NCBI GenBank assembly: GCA_965242725.1
Contig: CBDESZ010000018.1
Coordinates: 128,001-192,000, forward strand
DNA from: Alkalispirochaeta sp.
GTDB taxonomy: Bacteria; Spirochaetota; Spirochaetia; DSM-27196; Alkalispirochaetaceae
Direction: 5' to 3'
DNA length: 64,000 nt
This document shows positions 18,314 to 28,673 of this stretch, piece by piece. The notes beneath the pieces are model-generated. The model was not told the origin of the DNA and did not search any database. It saw nothing but the letters and a program-made list of their open reading frames with translations. Position numbers and translations under genes: made by a program. Position 1 is the first letter of the stretch, and each line of letters starts with the position of its first letter.

Positions 18314-20057
18314 GAACATACTCATCGTTGCCGAACATCGTATCGGACACGGAAGCGGTCATCTCCACCGGTGTGCCCGTATCGCTCCACAGCTTGACGG
18401 TGAGGTGGACTGGCTTCTGCCTGAAGGGGGAGACGAAACCCATTATTCCCGTACAGCGGCGCTTGAAATGATCGGGAATCCGATGCTGCCCGTACGCTGG
18501 GTCGATCGTCCGCTCGGTCCCTACGATATGGTCATTCTTGACCGGCGGGAAGTCTCACTGGACGAGCTGCGCTCGTACCCGGTCGACGGCATCGTTGTCG
18601 GAATCGATCTGGCCGGGGAGGGGCGCCGGTACTGCTCCTACCTGATCGATGCCCTTGAAAGTCCGCCCTACATGGAACGCCCCAATATCGCCGACAGCGG
18701 CCTGCTCCATCTACCCGATACGGTTCGGGAAGAGTGGCCGGAACGGATTGAAAAGGTCCTTGTCTCCTTCGGCGGAGAGCACAGCGGGGCCGGTATAGAT
18801 CTGGCGACCGCTCTCGCCGGGAATGAGGAACTCTCGGTCTATCTGGCAACACGGGAAGGTACATTCACTCCGGAACACGTACACGCTCTGCAGGTTCCGG
18901 GAGCGTTGCGAGAGCGACTTCATGAGTTTGACCTGGTGATTACCCATTTCGGATTGACGGCATACGAAGCGCTGTGGGCACGGGTACCGGTGATTGTAAA
19001 GAATCCTAGTGCATATCACGACACCCTTTCGCGGACCGCCGGATTTGCGGAAGCCCGAAACGGGGGAGAAGTTCTTCGTCACATTCGACGTATCGAAAAT
19101 CTGACGGATCGGTGTAAACGATTGCGCCCCAACGGAAAATCGGATATCGCCGCCCTCATTAACGAACTGTCCATACCCCGACGATGCACCCCTCCCTCTG
19201 GTGGCGAGCGCTGGCAGCCTGCGGTGGCGCGATTTGCCGAGCGCACCTTTTTTCAAAATACAGACGATCTCGTATACATGCAGAACTACCATGGCCCCGT
19301 CGTTGAATACACCCACGACTACTTCTTTTCACAGTACGCGAGTCAGTACGGCAAGACCTATCTTGAGGATTTCCCGGCCATTCAATCTGTCGGTACGCGT
19401 CGCATACATGACATAAAGCGACACCTTTCCCGTCAGGACCATCCCCCGCGATTGCTCGATATCGGATGTGCCTACGGACCGTTTCTGCAGGCCGCGGCCG
19501 ATGCGCGCTGCGACGTAACGGGTATCGATATCTCAGCGGAAGCGACCGAATATGTTCAAAGACAACTCGGATTTCCCGCGATCGCCGGAGATATTCTCGA
19601 TCCCCGACTCGGTGATATGGGAGGTCCCTTTGACATCGTTACAATGTGGTATGTAATCGAGCATTTTGAAGATCTTGACAGGCTTCTGAACAAGGTGGTG
19701 ACGATCCTGAAACCGGGTGGACTCTTTGCATTTTCGACGCCCAATCTGGACGGTATTTCCGGACGGAGCGACCGCCGGGAATTTTACCGGCGCAGTCCGA
19801 TGGATCACTATACGGTGATGTCACCCGATATCGCACAGAGCGTCCTCGACGGATACCATCTCCGCAAAAGATCTGTTCGCATCACCGGGCACCATCCGGA
19901 ACGATTCTCCTTCGTCCCTCCGCCCCGGGGTGAAGAGCGGCAGGGGGGCGGCTACCATTCCTACCGGTATGGATTCCGGTATCGTCTGGCCGCGGTACTT
20001 TCCCGCCTGCGCCGCCTGGGAGACACCTTTGAATATATCGCGGAGTATCGTCCGTGA
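18282..20057 (+). CDS. PseG/SpsG-like GT-B domain fused to class I SAM-dependent methyltransferase
   Basis: GHGSGHLHRC, VLVSFGG, DLVITHFGLTAYEAL; LLDIGCAYGPFL, FDIVTMWYVIEH, LKPGGLFAFSTPN. Confidence 0.8.
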   Translation: MVADITKTVRKNILIVAEHRIGHGSGHLHRCARIAPQLDGEVDWLLPEGGDETHYSRTAALEMIGNPMLPVRWVDRPLGPYDMVILDRREVSLDELRSYPVDGIVVGIDLAGEGRRYCSYLIDALESPPYMERPNIADSGLLHLPDTVREEWPERIEKVLVSFGGEHSGAGIDLATALAGNEELSVYLATREGTFTPEHVHALQVPGALRERLHEFDLVITHFGLTAYEALWARVPVIVKNPSAYHDTLSRTAGFAEARNGGEVLRHIRRIENLTDRCKRLRPNGKSDIAALINELSIPRRCTPPSGGERWQPAVARFAERTFFQNTDDLVYMQNYHGPVVEYTHDYFFSQYASQYGKTYLEDFPAIQSVGTRRIHDIKRHLSRQDHPPRLLDIGCAYGPFLQAAADARCDVTGIDISAEATEYVQRQLGFPAIAGDILDPRLGDMGGPFDIVTMWYVIEHFEDLDRLLNKVVTILKPGGLFAFSTPNLDGISGRSDRREFYRRSPMDHYTVMSPDIAQSVLDGYHLRKRSVRITGHHPERFSFVPPPRGEERQGGGYHSYRYGFRYRLAAVLSRLRRLGDTFEYIAEYRP

Positions 20058-21643
20058 CGGGGGCCGTATTCCTTCTTGGCGGCGGCCTGATGCAGATCCC
20101 GGCAATTCGGGCGGCCCGGGAACTTGGTCTGGAATGTCATCTTGCCGACGGAAATGACCGATGCATCGGCCGTGATCTGGCCGGCCATTTTTATCACGTC
20201 GATTTGCGCGATCGGGAGGGGTTGCTTGCGGCGGCCCGGGAGATTCCTGACTTACGCGGCGTATTTACCGCCGGCACCGATTTCTCCCGCAGCGTTGCCT
20301 ACGTTGCGGAACATCTTATGCTGCCGGGTATTTCGGAGGATGTGGCGCTCAGGGCTACCGACAAGGGACTGATGCGGCGTTGTCTCGGTGAGGCGGGCGT
20401 CTCTATCCCCGGATTTCATGTCGTTACGGATGACCAGTCTGATCCGCCCTTTCCGCTGCCGGTGGTGGTGAAACCCGCTGACAATATGGGTGCCCGGGGC
20501 GTTGCCCTGGTTCGCAAAAGGGAAGAGTACCGTCATGCGGTAGAAGTCGCCCGGGAGCTCTCCGTAACAAAGACTGTCGTCGTTGAAGAGTTCATAAACG
20601 GACAGGAGTACAGTCTCGACGCCCTCGTCGTCGACGGTACGGTTCACATAACCGGTATCGGCAGACGGCATATATTTTTTCCGCCACACTTCGTGGAACT
20701 TGGCCACACCATACCCGCTGAGTTGGGTGCGGATGCGGAAGAGGCGCTTGTCCGGGAATTTGAGCGGGCGATAGAAGCGATCGGAATCTTCTCAGGTGCC
20801 GCCAAGGGAGACGTGTTTCTGAGCAGAGACGGGAACGGCCGATACACCGCGACAATCGGAGAGATCGCGGCCCGACTTTCCGGGGGATTCATGTCGGGAT
20901 GGACCTTTCCCCTGGCAACGGGCGTTCCCCTCACGCGGGTCGCACTGGAAATCGCCGTTGGAGAGCGTCCGGACGTGGCTTCGCTCTATCCTGCCCATCA
21001 GAATATTTCGGTGGAGCGAGCGCTCATCTCGGCGCCGGGAACGGTCGCCGCGGTCGTGATGCCTGGTGATCTCGACCCCGATGTGGCGGAGGTATTTGTA
21101 CACGCCTCCGCAGGAGACACGGTGACCTCACCGAAAAATAACGTGGAAAAGGTAGCCAACGTCATCGTTGTATCGGAGACGATGGAGCGCGCCGAATCGA
21201 TCGCCGTCGACGTGCTTGACCGCATCATTGTGGCCCTCATGCCGGCCAACGTTGAAACCGACCGGTACTTCTTTGAAGAAGGCTGGACCGACACGTATCG
21301 CACATATGATGCCGTCGGCGGGGATGTTCACGCATTTCTCGCCGCATCGATGGATATCCCCGGGGTGCTTTCCCGATTGCAACGGTCGCGCCGGAACGGA
21401 GAGGGTATTGCCGTTGCCGATCTGCCGGGACGAGCGGAAGGGGTCGTCCTGCTTCGCTGCAATCACATATCCATCGATGCGGACGTATTGCTGCGCCGCC
21501 TTGTCGATGAAGGAACGATCCGATTTGACGACGCCGCCGACGGGGATATCACACTCCTTTTCTGGCGTGCCTTTCTGGCGGGCGGGCGACAGGGAGTACG
21601 GTACCTGGTCGATACGACAGGCTTCGAAAGAGGGGATGTATGA
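20054..21643 (+). CDS. ATP-grasp domain protein (putative amide/peptide ligase)
   Basis: LGGGLMQIPAI, TDKGLMR, VVKPADNMGARGV, VEEFING.EYS, EIAARLSGG. Confidence 0.85.
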   Translation: MTGAVFLLGGGLMQIPAIRAARELGLECHLADGNDRCIGRDLAGHFYHVDLRDREGLLAAAREIPDLRGVFTAGTDFSRSVAYVAEHLMLPGISEDVALRATDKGLMRRCLGEAGVSIPGFHVVTDDQSDPPFPLPVVVKPADNMGARGVALVRKREEYRHAVEVARELSVTKTVVVEEFINGQEYSLDALVVDGTVHITGIGRRHIFFPPHFVELGHTIPAELGADAEEALVREFERAIEAIGIFSGAAKGDVFLSRDGNGRYTATIGEIAARLSGGFMSGWTFPLATGVPLTRVALEIAVGERPDVASLYPAHQNISVERALISAPGTVAAVVMPGDLDPDVAEVFVHASAGDTVTSPKNNVEKVANVIVVSETMERAESIAVDVLDRIIVALMPANVETDRYFFEEGWTDTYRTYDAVGGDVHAFLAASMDIPGVLSRLQRSRRNGEGIAVADLPGRAEGVVLLRCNHISIDADVLLRRLVDEGTIRFDDAADGDITLLFWRAFLAGGRQGVRYLVDTTGFERGDV

Positions 21644-22692
21644 TGGACCACAACCGATCGGGTAGATTGTTTCCACCGGTGATCTGGATGGTGCTGTTCC
21701 TGTCGGTCACCGCCTCCGCGATTGCCCAGGATCATCCGGTCCCGCTTTCACAGCTCCTTGAGCGAACCGAGGCACGACTGCAGTGGGATCCCTATCGAGG
21801 ACAGGGAGCGCTCGTCCGCGGCACCGATGTGCTCGCCTTTTCCCTCTCCTCCAATGCGGCACTTGTCAACTTCCGGCAGTCCGTTGCGGTTCCCGCAGCA
21901 CGGCGGGAAGGGGGAGAATTGCGATTCACCCGTGATTTTCTCGATCTTGCCCTTCGGGTCTTTCCGCCGCCGCCGCAGAGACGGCGTATCGCCGCCTTCT
22001 TCATCGATCCGGGACATGGCGGCAAGGATCCGGGCGCATTGGGACGCATCGGTGGAGGTGATGCGGAGTCGAGGGAAATTCGCGAGAAAGACGTCGTTCT
22101 CGACGTTGCGCTGCGGTTGAAGGATCTTTTGGAGCGGGAGTATCCCGATCGGGAGATCGTCGTATCCCGTGAGACCGATATCTACCTGACCCTCGAAGAG
22201 CGAACGAACGTTGCAAATTCGATTACGACGGGGCCGAACGAGACCGTTCTCTTTCTGTCCATTCACGCAAACGCATCATTGAACCGTAATGCGACGGGCT
22301 TTGAAGTGTGGTTCCTTCCGCCTGAATTTCGACGGAAGGATCTGGTAAACCCTGAACGGACCGGCGTCGACGATCCGGACGTTCTGACGATACTTAACAC
22401 CATGCGGGAAGAGGAGATCACTATTGAAAGCATTCTCCTCGCACGGAATGTGCTTACCGGAATGGAATCGAGAATAGGCGGCAGGTCACCCAACCGCGGT
22501 CTCAGGGAAGAGAGCTGGTACGTGGTTCGTAACGCCAAAATGCCGTCGATTCTTGTTGAAGTCGGCTTTGTGACAAACCCGACGGAGGCGGATTTACTCT
22601 CCCGGGGACCGTACTTGCAAGACCTGTCGGAGGGTATCTATACTGGTCTGCGGAATTTTGTACAACAATATGAAGAACTTGGAACTGAATAA
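21640..22692 (+). CDS. N-acetylmuramoyl-L-alanine amidase (Amidase_3)
   Basis: IDPGHGGKDPGA, EKDVVL, LSIHANAS, SILVEVGFVTN. Confidence 0.95.
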   Translation: MMDHNRSGRLFPPVIWMVLFLSVTASAIAQDHPVPLSQLLERTEARLQWDPYRGQGALVRGTDVLAFSLSSNAALVNFRQSVAVPAARREGGELRFTRDFLDLALRVFPPPPQRRRIAAFFIDPGHGGKDPGALGRIGGGDAESREIREKDVVLDVALRLKDLLEREYPDREIVVSRETDIYLTLEERTNVANSITTGPNETVLFLSIHANASLNRNATGFEVWFLPPEFRRKDLVNPERTGVDDPDVLTILNTMREEEITIESILLARNVLTGMESRIGGRSPNRGLREESWYVVRNAKMPSILVEVGFVTNPTEADLLSRGPYLQDLSEGIYTGLRNFVQQYEELGTE

Positions 22693-23161
22693 AACGGGAA
22701 TCATCGCAGTTGTTGTCGCCGTCCTTCTGGGGACCGTTGCAGGCATCCTCGCCCAGACGCTGCCGGAGCAGCGGGCACAACGGTACAATCTCGCCTTTCC
22801 CGATACGGCGGGCGGTAAAAACCACCATGAATGGCGGCTGCTTCCGGAACGTGACACCATTGCAGGTACGGCGCGCCTTGTCGTTGAAGAATTGCTTCTC
22901 GGTCCCGTCCAGCTTGGGGCGGTACCGTTCGTTCCGGAAGGTACCGCCGTCAGAAGCGTCATTTATCGCAGGGAGAGCCGGACACTCTATGTCGATTTTT
23001 CATCGCACCTTGTGGTGGGGAATATCCGGGGAAATATTTCAATTGAGGAAGCTCTCGATCTCATTACCTATAACATCAACCGAAATATTCCCCGCATTGA
23101 AGAGATCGTCATGACCGTGGAAGGCCAATTACCGGGGGTACCGAGATTTGACACTCTTTGA
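22667..23161 (+). CDS. GerMN domain protein
   Basis: VEELLLGP, VPEGT, LYVDFS, MTVEG; follows the amidase. Confidence 0.75.
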   Translation, partial: NMKNLELNKTGIIAVVVAVLLGTVAGILAQTLPEQRAQRYNLAFPDTAGGKNHHEWRLLPERDTIAGTARLVVEELLLGPVQLGAVPFVPEGTAVRSVIYRRESRTLYVDFSSHLVVGNIRGNISIEEALDLITYNINRNIPRIEEIVMTVEGQLPGVPRFDTL

Positions 23162-23173
23162 CAATCTTGGACG

Positions 23174-23201
23174 TTGACAAAGAAAATGTGGGCGTTATAA
23201 T
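23174..23201 (+). promoter_or_regulatory. Consensus sigma70 promoter of flaA
   Basis: TTGACA-16 bp-TATAAT; AAGGAG RBS before ATG 23251. Confidence 0.75.
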
Positions 23202-23250
23202 TTGGTGAAGGTTACATTCTATACATGCGCTTAACGCAAAGGAGAGTTGG

Positions 23251-24267
23251 ATGAGACGTTCCGTCCTTTTCATTTTGATTGTTCTACTGGCTGCGACAAC
23301 GGTTGCGGCAGAAGAAGCTGTGTTAATCGATTTCGCAGAGCTCACTTCCGACTATCCGGCGGACAACCCGGTACACAATGAGCGGACGCTCGTTGACTAC
23401 AGTATCGCTGCCGGTTCCAGTTATACGGAAGAAGAGAAGGCGGAAATGAAGATTTCACTGGCCATCAATGCCTGGGAAATTGAACTCGCTTCGTCGTCCC
23501 GCAATGTTCAGACGATTTCTAACAGCATGATCCGTCCCGCCCCCGTCCGGGAAGGTGCAAGCAACTATGAAGGTGCCACCGTACTCGGCGCACGGGTGCA
23601 TTTTCCCGATGGTCCCTTTAACTCATGGGCTCTGATCCGACCGCCTTTTGAGATTCCCGCATATGCGGATCTCACCGAGGTCCAGGATGACGGTTCAGTT
23701 GTCGTACCCCAGGGTGAGCAAGGGGGAGGCAGTAAATTCGACAATTTTGGCGTGGTCAAGAATGTCGGTGTCCTTCGTTCCGTATCAATGAACGTTCACG
23801 GTTTAAACTTCCCTCACGGCATCAGCGTGGTGCTGCAGGATGAAAACAACGAAGAACACGAGATATTCCTCGGCTACCTGCAGTTTGAAGGATGGAGAAC
23901 CCTGGAGTGGCAGAATCCCAATTACATCTCCGAGGTGCGTGACCGGGAAATTCGATCCTATCCGCTGTACCCCAACTCCACTCCCATGCGCAAGCTCATT
24001 GGTGTGCGGATTTATCGCGACGCCGCGATGACCGGGGGTGATTTTATCACCTATATCAAGGATATCTCTCTCACCTACGACCGCGCGGTTCTTTCTCTTG
24101 AACGCGACATCAATGACGAAGCGGTTTGGGGCATTCTCCAGGAGCGGGAACGCAGCCGACGTGATGCGGAGCTCCGTAACCTCGGTAACATTCAGGTTCT
24201 GCGCTACCTTGAGCAACGGAAAATGCACGACGCAAACGCGCAGGCGGCGGAAGGCAACGGAGAATAA
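23251..24267 (+). CDS. flaA: Flagellar filament outer-layer (sheath) protein FlaA
   Basis: Signal peptide, LIDFAEL, LGARVHFP, PPFEIPAY, GVVKNVGVL, F.GWRTLEWQNPNYI. Confidence 0.95.
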   Translation: MRRSVLFILIVLLAATTVAAEEAVLIDFAELTSDYPADNPVHNERTLVDYSIAAGSSYTEEEKAEMKISLAINAWEIELASSSRNVQTISNSMIRPAPVREGASNYEGATVLGARVHFPDGPFNSWALIRPPFEIPAYADLTEVQDDGSVVVPQGEQGGGSKFDNFGVVKNVGVLRSVSMNVHGLNFPHGISVVLQDENNEEHEIFLGYLQFEGWRTLEWQNPNYISEVRDREIRSYPLYPNSTPMRKLIGVRIYRDAAMTGGDFITYIKDISLTYDRAVLSLERDINDEAVWGILQERERSRRDAELRNLGNIQVLRYLEQRKMHDANAQAAEGNGE

Positions 24268-24319
24268 TAACTATTCACGGATAATCGTGACTAAATTACT
24301 GTAAGAAAATGAATTAACG

Positions 24320-24349
24320 GCCCTTCACATACGTGAAGGGCTTTTTTTT
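24320..24349 (+). terminator. Intrinsic terminator between flaA and cheA
   Basis: GCCCTTCAC-ATAC-GTGAAGGGC followed by T8. Confidence 0.85.
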
Positions 24350-24391
24350 GGCTTGACGTCGGAACAGAAAAAGATCAGAATTGAAGGCATC

Positions 24392-26830
24392 ATGAGCGAC
24401 TATCTGGACCCCGGAAACGAAGAACTGCTGAAAGATTTCTATGTGGAAGCGGAAATGCAGGTTGAGACGTTGGAGAGCAACGTCCTCGTTCTGGAAAACG
24501 ATCCAAAGAATCACGACGCCATCGACGAAATATTTCGCGCGGCACACACCCTGAAAGGCGGTGCGGCGACCGTTCAAATGAACGAGCTGGCGGAGTTTAC
24601 CCATCTGGTCGAGGACGCCCTCGATGAAATACGCAGCGGGCGTTCTTCAATCGTGGGATCCACCATCGACACGCTGTTGCAGTCAATCGACGTCATTAAG
24701 GCGATGCTTGCGGAACGGCAGGACGGCGGCGTATTTGACGGGGATACATCGGCGATTAAAAACTCCCTCCGGGCGATCCTGACGGGCGGCGCCGTACCGG
24801 AGCAGAAAGAAGCTGCTCCTGCAGCGAAGAAGCAGGAATCGACTGCGCCTGCAGTACCGCCGACGGCGGCGCCACGGGCGGCCGGTGCCGGATCGACGTC
24901 ACTTACCGAGTATGAGGTTCTGGAGCTGCGTGAGGCGGCGCCGGACAATCAGAACGTCTATGAAGTGATCGTTGACTTCCGACAGGACAATCCGATGAAC
25001 AGCGTCGGTGGTATTCAGGTATTTGCGGTATTGAAGCAGTTTTCTCAGGTCCTGAAGACGATCCCCGAGTTTGAAGCACTGTATGAGGATGTATTTCATC
25101 CCCAGGTCAGGTATTACATCGCAAGTGATGAAGACCCGACGGCATATTATGAACAGCTGAACATCGCCGACGTTACCGAGTCGGTTTCTATTGCGCCCGT
25201 CGGTGAAGGCGCGGGCACAGAGCCCGCCGGGGGTGAGCAAAAACGCACTGTCCACGAAGAGCCCAAGAGGGCACAGACAAGGGAGAGCGCCCCTGCCAAG
25301 GTGCCGGCGTCTCCCGCCGCGCCTCGGGCGGCGGCGTCGGTTTCAGGTGATTTCGAAGAAGAAACGGAAGATGTCGCGGAGCAGACAGAACAGGCCACGG
25401 AACGGGCTCGGGGTCTTGAAGGCAAACGCAGCGGCAGACAGGGATCGATTTTACGGGTGGACAGTCGTCGCATTGACAATCTATTGAACCTCGTCAGTGA
25501 GACGGTTATCAACAAAGCGAGTTTCAACCAGATCAGCAATACCTTCGGCGACAATCTTACGTCCTTTCAGCAGGCGGAAGGTCGCTATCGCGACTCGCTC
25601 AAGGATCTGTTTGAAAGTCTTCCGGAATATCTTGACGCGATACAGCGCGGTGAATCGGTGAAAAGCGTCCGGCAACGGATCAATGAACGCTTCGGCGATA
25701 TTCCCAATGTATTTGACGGGTTTCACACGGAGTTCAAGTCCAATGTGGCAAAATTCCGTAATACTGCACAGAACCTCGGAAGAATTGCAGGAGAGCTGCA
25801 GGAAGGGGTCATGCGGATTCGTATGGTTCCCATTTCGCAGATATTTTCCCGTTTTCCCCGGCTTGTGCGTGACCTGTCCCGTTCTCTGAAGAAAAAAATA
25901 GACCTTCAAATTGAAGGTGAAGATACCGAGCTGGACAAATCGGTTATTGAAGACCTTCTTGACCCGCTTATCCACTGTGTACGGAATAGTATCGATCACG
26001 GAATCGAGGATCCTGAACTCCGGCGGGAATCGGGAAAAAATGAAGTGGGAACGGTGAAGCTTCGCGCAAGCAATGAAGGAAATATGATCCTCATAGAAAT
26101 CGAGGATGACGGGCGCGGCATCGACGTTGATAACGTCAGGAAGAAAGCGATAGACAGAGGCGTCATACACCCGAACAAGCAACTCTCCGACATTGAGGCG
26201 TTCAATCTCATATTTGACCCCGGATTTTCGACGGCCGAGAAAATCACCAATGTATCGGGTCGTGGAGTCGGGCTCGATGTCGTCAAGCGTCAGATTGAAA
26301 AACTCAACGGCACGGTCAAGGTGTGGTCCGAGCGCGGCCTCGGTACGCGATTCACCATAAAGATACCTCTCACGCTTGCGATCATTCAGGGACTCCTGGT
26401 ACGCGTCGGGAAACAGATGTATGCAATACCCATCACGTCGGTCATTGACAGCCATCGCATTAAACCATCTGAAATCAAGATGATCGACAACTACGAAGTG
26501 TTCAATGTCCGCGATGACGTTGTATCACTTATTCGTCTGAGTCGTCTTTTCAAGATTCCGACTAATGAAAATCCCGACTACCACTATGTGGTGATCGTTG
26601 GTACCAGCGAGCGGAAGATGGGACTCATCGTAGATTCTCTCATCGGAGAGGAAGACGTGGTCATAAAACCCCTCCGGGACCATTTCACCAACTCTCCCGG
26701 CATTGCAGGGGCAAATATCACCGGAGACGGACGTGTGTCCCTCATCATCGATGTTAGCCAATTGCTTGAACTGGGGCTTCGTAGAGAAAAAGAGGAACGG
26801 GCAAAACGTGAACTGACCGTTCGCTCGTAA
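24392..26830 (+). CDS. cheA: Chemotaxis histidine kinase CheA
   Basis: FRAAHTLKG (Hpt), P2, extended dimerisation region, HCVRNSIDHG, DDGRG, SGRGVGLDVV, CheW domain. Confidence 0.97.
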   Translation: MSDYLDPGNEELLKDFYVEAEMQVETLESNVLVLENDPKNHDAIDEIFRAAHTLKGGAATVQMNELAEFTHLVEDALDEIRSGRSSIVGSTIDTLLQSIDVIKAMLAERQDGGVFDGDTSAIKNSLRAILTGGAVPEQKEAAPAAKKQESTAPAVPPTAAPRAAGAGSTSLTEYEVLELREAAPDNQNVYEVIVDFRQDNPMNSVGGIQVFAVLKQFSQVLKTIPEFEALYEDVFHPQVRYYIASDEDPTAYYEQLNIADVTESVSIAPVGEGAGTEPAGGEQKRTVHEEPKRAQTRESAPAKVPASPAAPRAAASVSGDFEEETEDVAEQTEQATERARGLEGKRSGRQGSILRVDSRRIDNLLNLVSETVINKASFNQISNTFGDNLTSFQQAEGRYRDSLKDLFESLPEYLDAIQRGESVKSVRQRINERFGDIPNVFDGFHTEFKSNVAKFRNTAQNLGRIAGELQEGVMRIRMVPISQIFSRFPRLVRDLSRSLKKKIDLQIEGEDTELDKSVIEDLLDPLIHCVRNSIDHGIEDPELRRESGKNEVGTVKLRASNEGNMILIEIEDDGRGIDVDNVRKKAIDRGVIHPNKQLSDIEAFNLIFDPGFSTAEKITNVSGRGVGLDVVKRQIEKLNGTVKVWSERGLGTRFTIKIPLTLAIIQGLLVRVGKQMYAIPITSVIDSHRIKPSEIKMIDNYEVFNVRDDVVSLIRLSRLFKIPTNENPDYHYVVIVGTSERKMGLIVDSLIGEEDVVIKPLRDHFTNSPGIAGANITGDGRVSLIIDVSQLLELGLRREKEERAKRELTVRS

Positions 26831-26844
26831 TAAAAGGAAAGAGC

Positions 26845-28183
26845 ATGGCAGATACGGACACGAAGACTGAATCGATGGTGGAACAGGCACAACAGGAAAC
26901 GATCGATTTCAAGATGGTAACCTTTTCCCTCGGAGGAAAAGATTACGGCATCGATATCATGCGGGTAAAGGAAATTGCCAAGTTTACCCAGTTTACCTAC
27001 GTTCCCAATACCGCTCATTACGTCAAAGGCGTGTACAACCTGCGGGGCGATATCATTTCCATCGTCGACCTGCGTTCCTTTTTCAACATTCCCGCGGCTC
27101 AAAAAGAGGAAGACGAACCGGAAAACGGACTGATTCTGCGGCTGGAAACAAATCTGCTCGGCGTCATCGTCGATTCTATTGACAAGGTGGTCGGAATATC
27201 GTCGAACCACGTTCAACCGCCGCATCCGATTTTCGGCGATATCAACATCAAATACATAAGCGGTGTAGCCGACCACGACGGCAGACTCTACATCATTCTT
27301 GATGTGGACCGCATTTTTGGTCGTGAAGAGGATTTGAAGGCGGAGAAGGAATCGGCCGCATGGCGGATCTCTGAAGCGGCATCAGCGGCGGCACCCAAAG
27401 CGACCGCAACGGGCGCAACGGAAACAAAACCGTCTTTGACGGGCAACGAGGAAACGTTTATCGCCGACGGTGTCTCCACCTTTTCCGATTTTCACGTCTC
27501 ACCGGTCAATGCGGCCTGGTTTCGTGGACGCGTCAAGGAGTGGGTTGAGGACCGCAGCCGGGGAGAAACGGGAGTATCAGCTTAAAGAGGCGAGTGACGC
27601 CGAGGAGTTCCTCAGGACTTTTTATTCACGCTATACCGGTACGTTCTGGCGGGATCAATACGCAGAACAGTTCATGAAAAAGGTACCGGCGACGGAAAGC
27701 ACCGTGTACAACGTCTGGAACCCGGGATGCGGCAGTGGCCACGAGTCATATTCAATCGCCGTACTGCTGAGGAAACGGTTCCCAAACCAGCAGATAAAGA
27801 TATGGGCAGGAGACAAGGATCTCATGCAGATATCGACGGCGCCCAATCTCGTATTCCCTGCCAATGATGTACCGCCCGATTGGAAGGAGCTGATCGTCGA
27901 CGGGAAAAACGGTACGACTTTTAAACGGGAAGTGAAAGAACTGATACTCTTTGAGTTCAGTGATATCCTGAGCGTCTCGGCAATGCCTAAGATGGATGTT
28001 GTGGTTGCGCGTGATTTGCTCTCCTTTCAGAAGGAAGAGGATCAGGAACGCATCATGGAACGGTTTGACGAAGTATTGAAACCCGGCGGCGTACTGGTGC
28101 TGGGAGATAATGAGGACGTCGGCGACGGCGCAGTTTGGGAACCCGCAGAAGGACTTCCCGTCAACATGTATTTTCATCGGTAG
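26845..28183 (+). CDS. cheW: CheW with C-terminal CheR-like domain, frameshift near 27560 (likely sequence error)
   Basis: MVTFSLGGKDYGIDIMRVKEI...GVYNLRGDII. After removing one G of GGGG the frame continues into VWNPGCGSGHESYSIA...ARDLLSF...LKPGGVLVLG. Confidence 0.88.
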
Positions 28184-28192
28184 GAGTAGTAA

Positions 28193-28670
28193 ATGCGAGT
28201 AGAGTACATTAATCCCTTTGTCGAGTCGGCGTACAGCGTCCTCACGGAGGTATTACAGAGTGAAGTTCGCCGTGGCGAGTTGTATCTGAAGAGCGCCGCC
28301 ATGCCCATGCTGGAGTTGCCGCAATCGTAGGGCTTGCCGGTGACGTGGAAGGGCGCGTGCTCTTTGATATGAAACTGGAAACGGCGATTTCCGTTGCCTC
28401 GTCGATGCTCACCAACATGGATATGGAACCGGTAACGGAGTTCAACGACATGGCCAGGGCGACTGTAACGGAGCTGGCAAATATGATCACCGGACAGGCG
28501 GTAACAAAGCTCCATAATCTGGGTTTCAAGTTTGACCTCACCCCCCCCGGCGATCTTTAAGGGGGAGAATATGGAGATTTCCGATCCGGACTTTGAAGCA
28601 CTCATTGTGCCGATGGGAGATGGAAATGGGTAAAATAGAAGTAAACGTCGCGATACGGGAACGGGCGTAA
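28193..28670 (+). CDS. cheX: Chemotaxis phosphatase CheX, three apparent frameshifts (about 28312, 28545, 28615)
   Basis: MRVEYINPFVESA...; GLAGDVEGRVLFDM...ELANMITGQAVTKL...FDLTPP; ...GKIEVNVAIRERA* pieced across frames. Confidence 0.88.
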
Positions 28671-28673
28671 TCA

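Noticed and set aside
28193..28670. cheX as a true pseudogene or programmed frameshift
   Set aside because: Protein motifs are fully conserved across the breaks, and the same indel pattern affects many unrelated genes, so assembly error is more likely.
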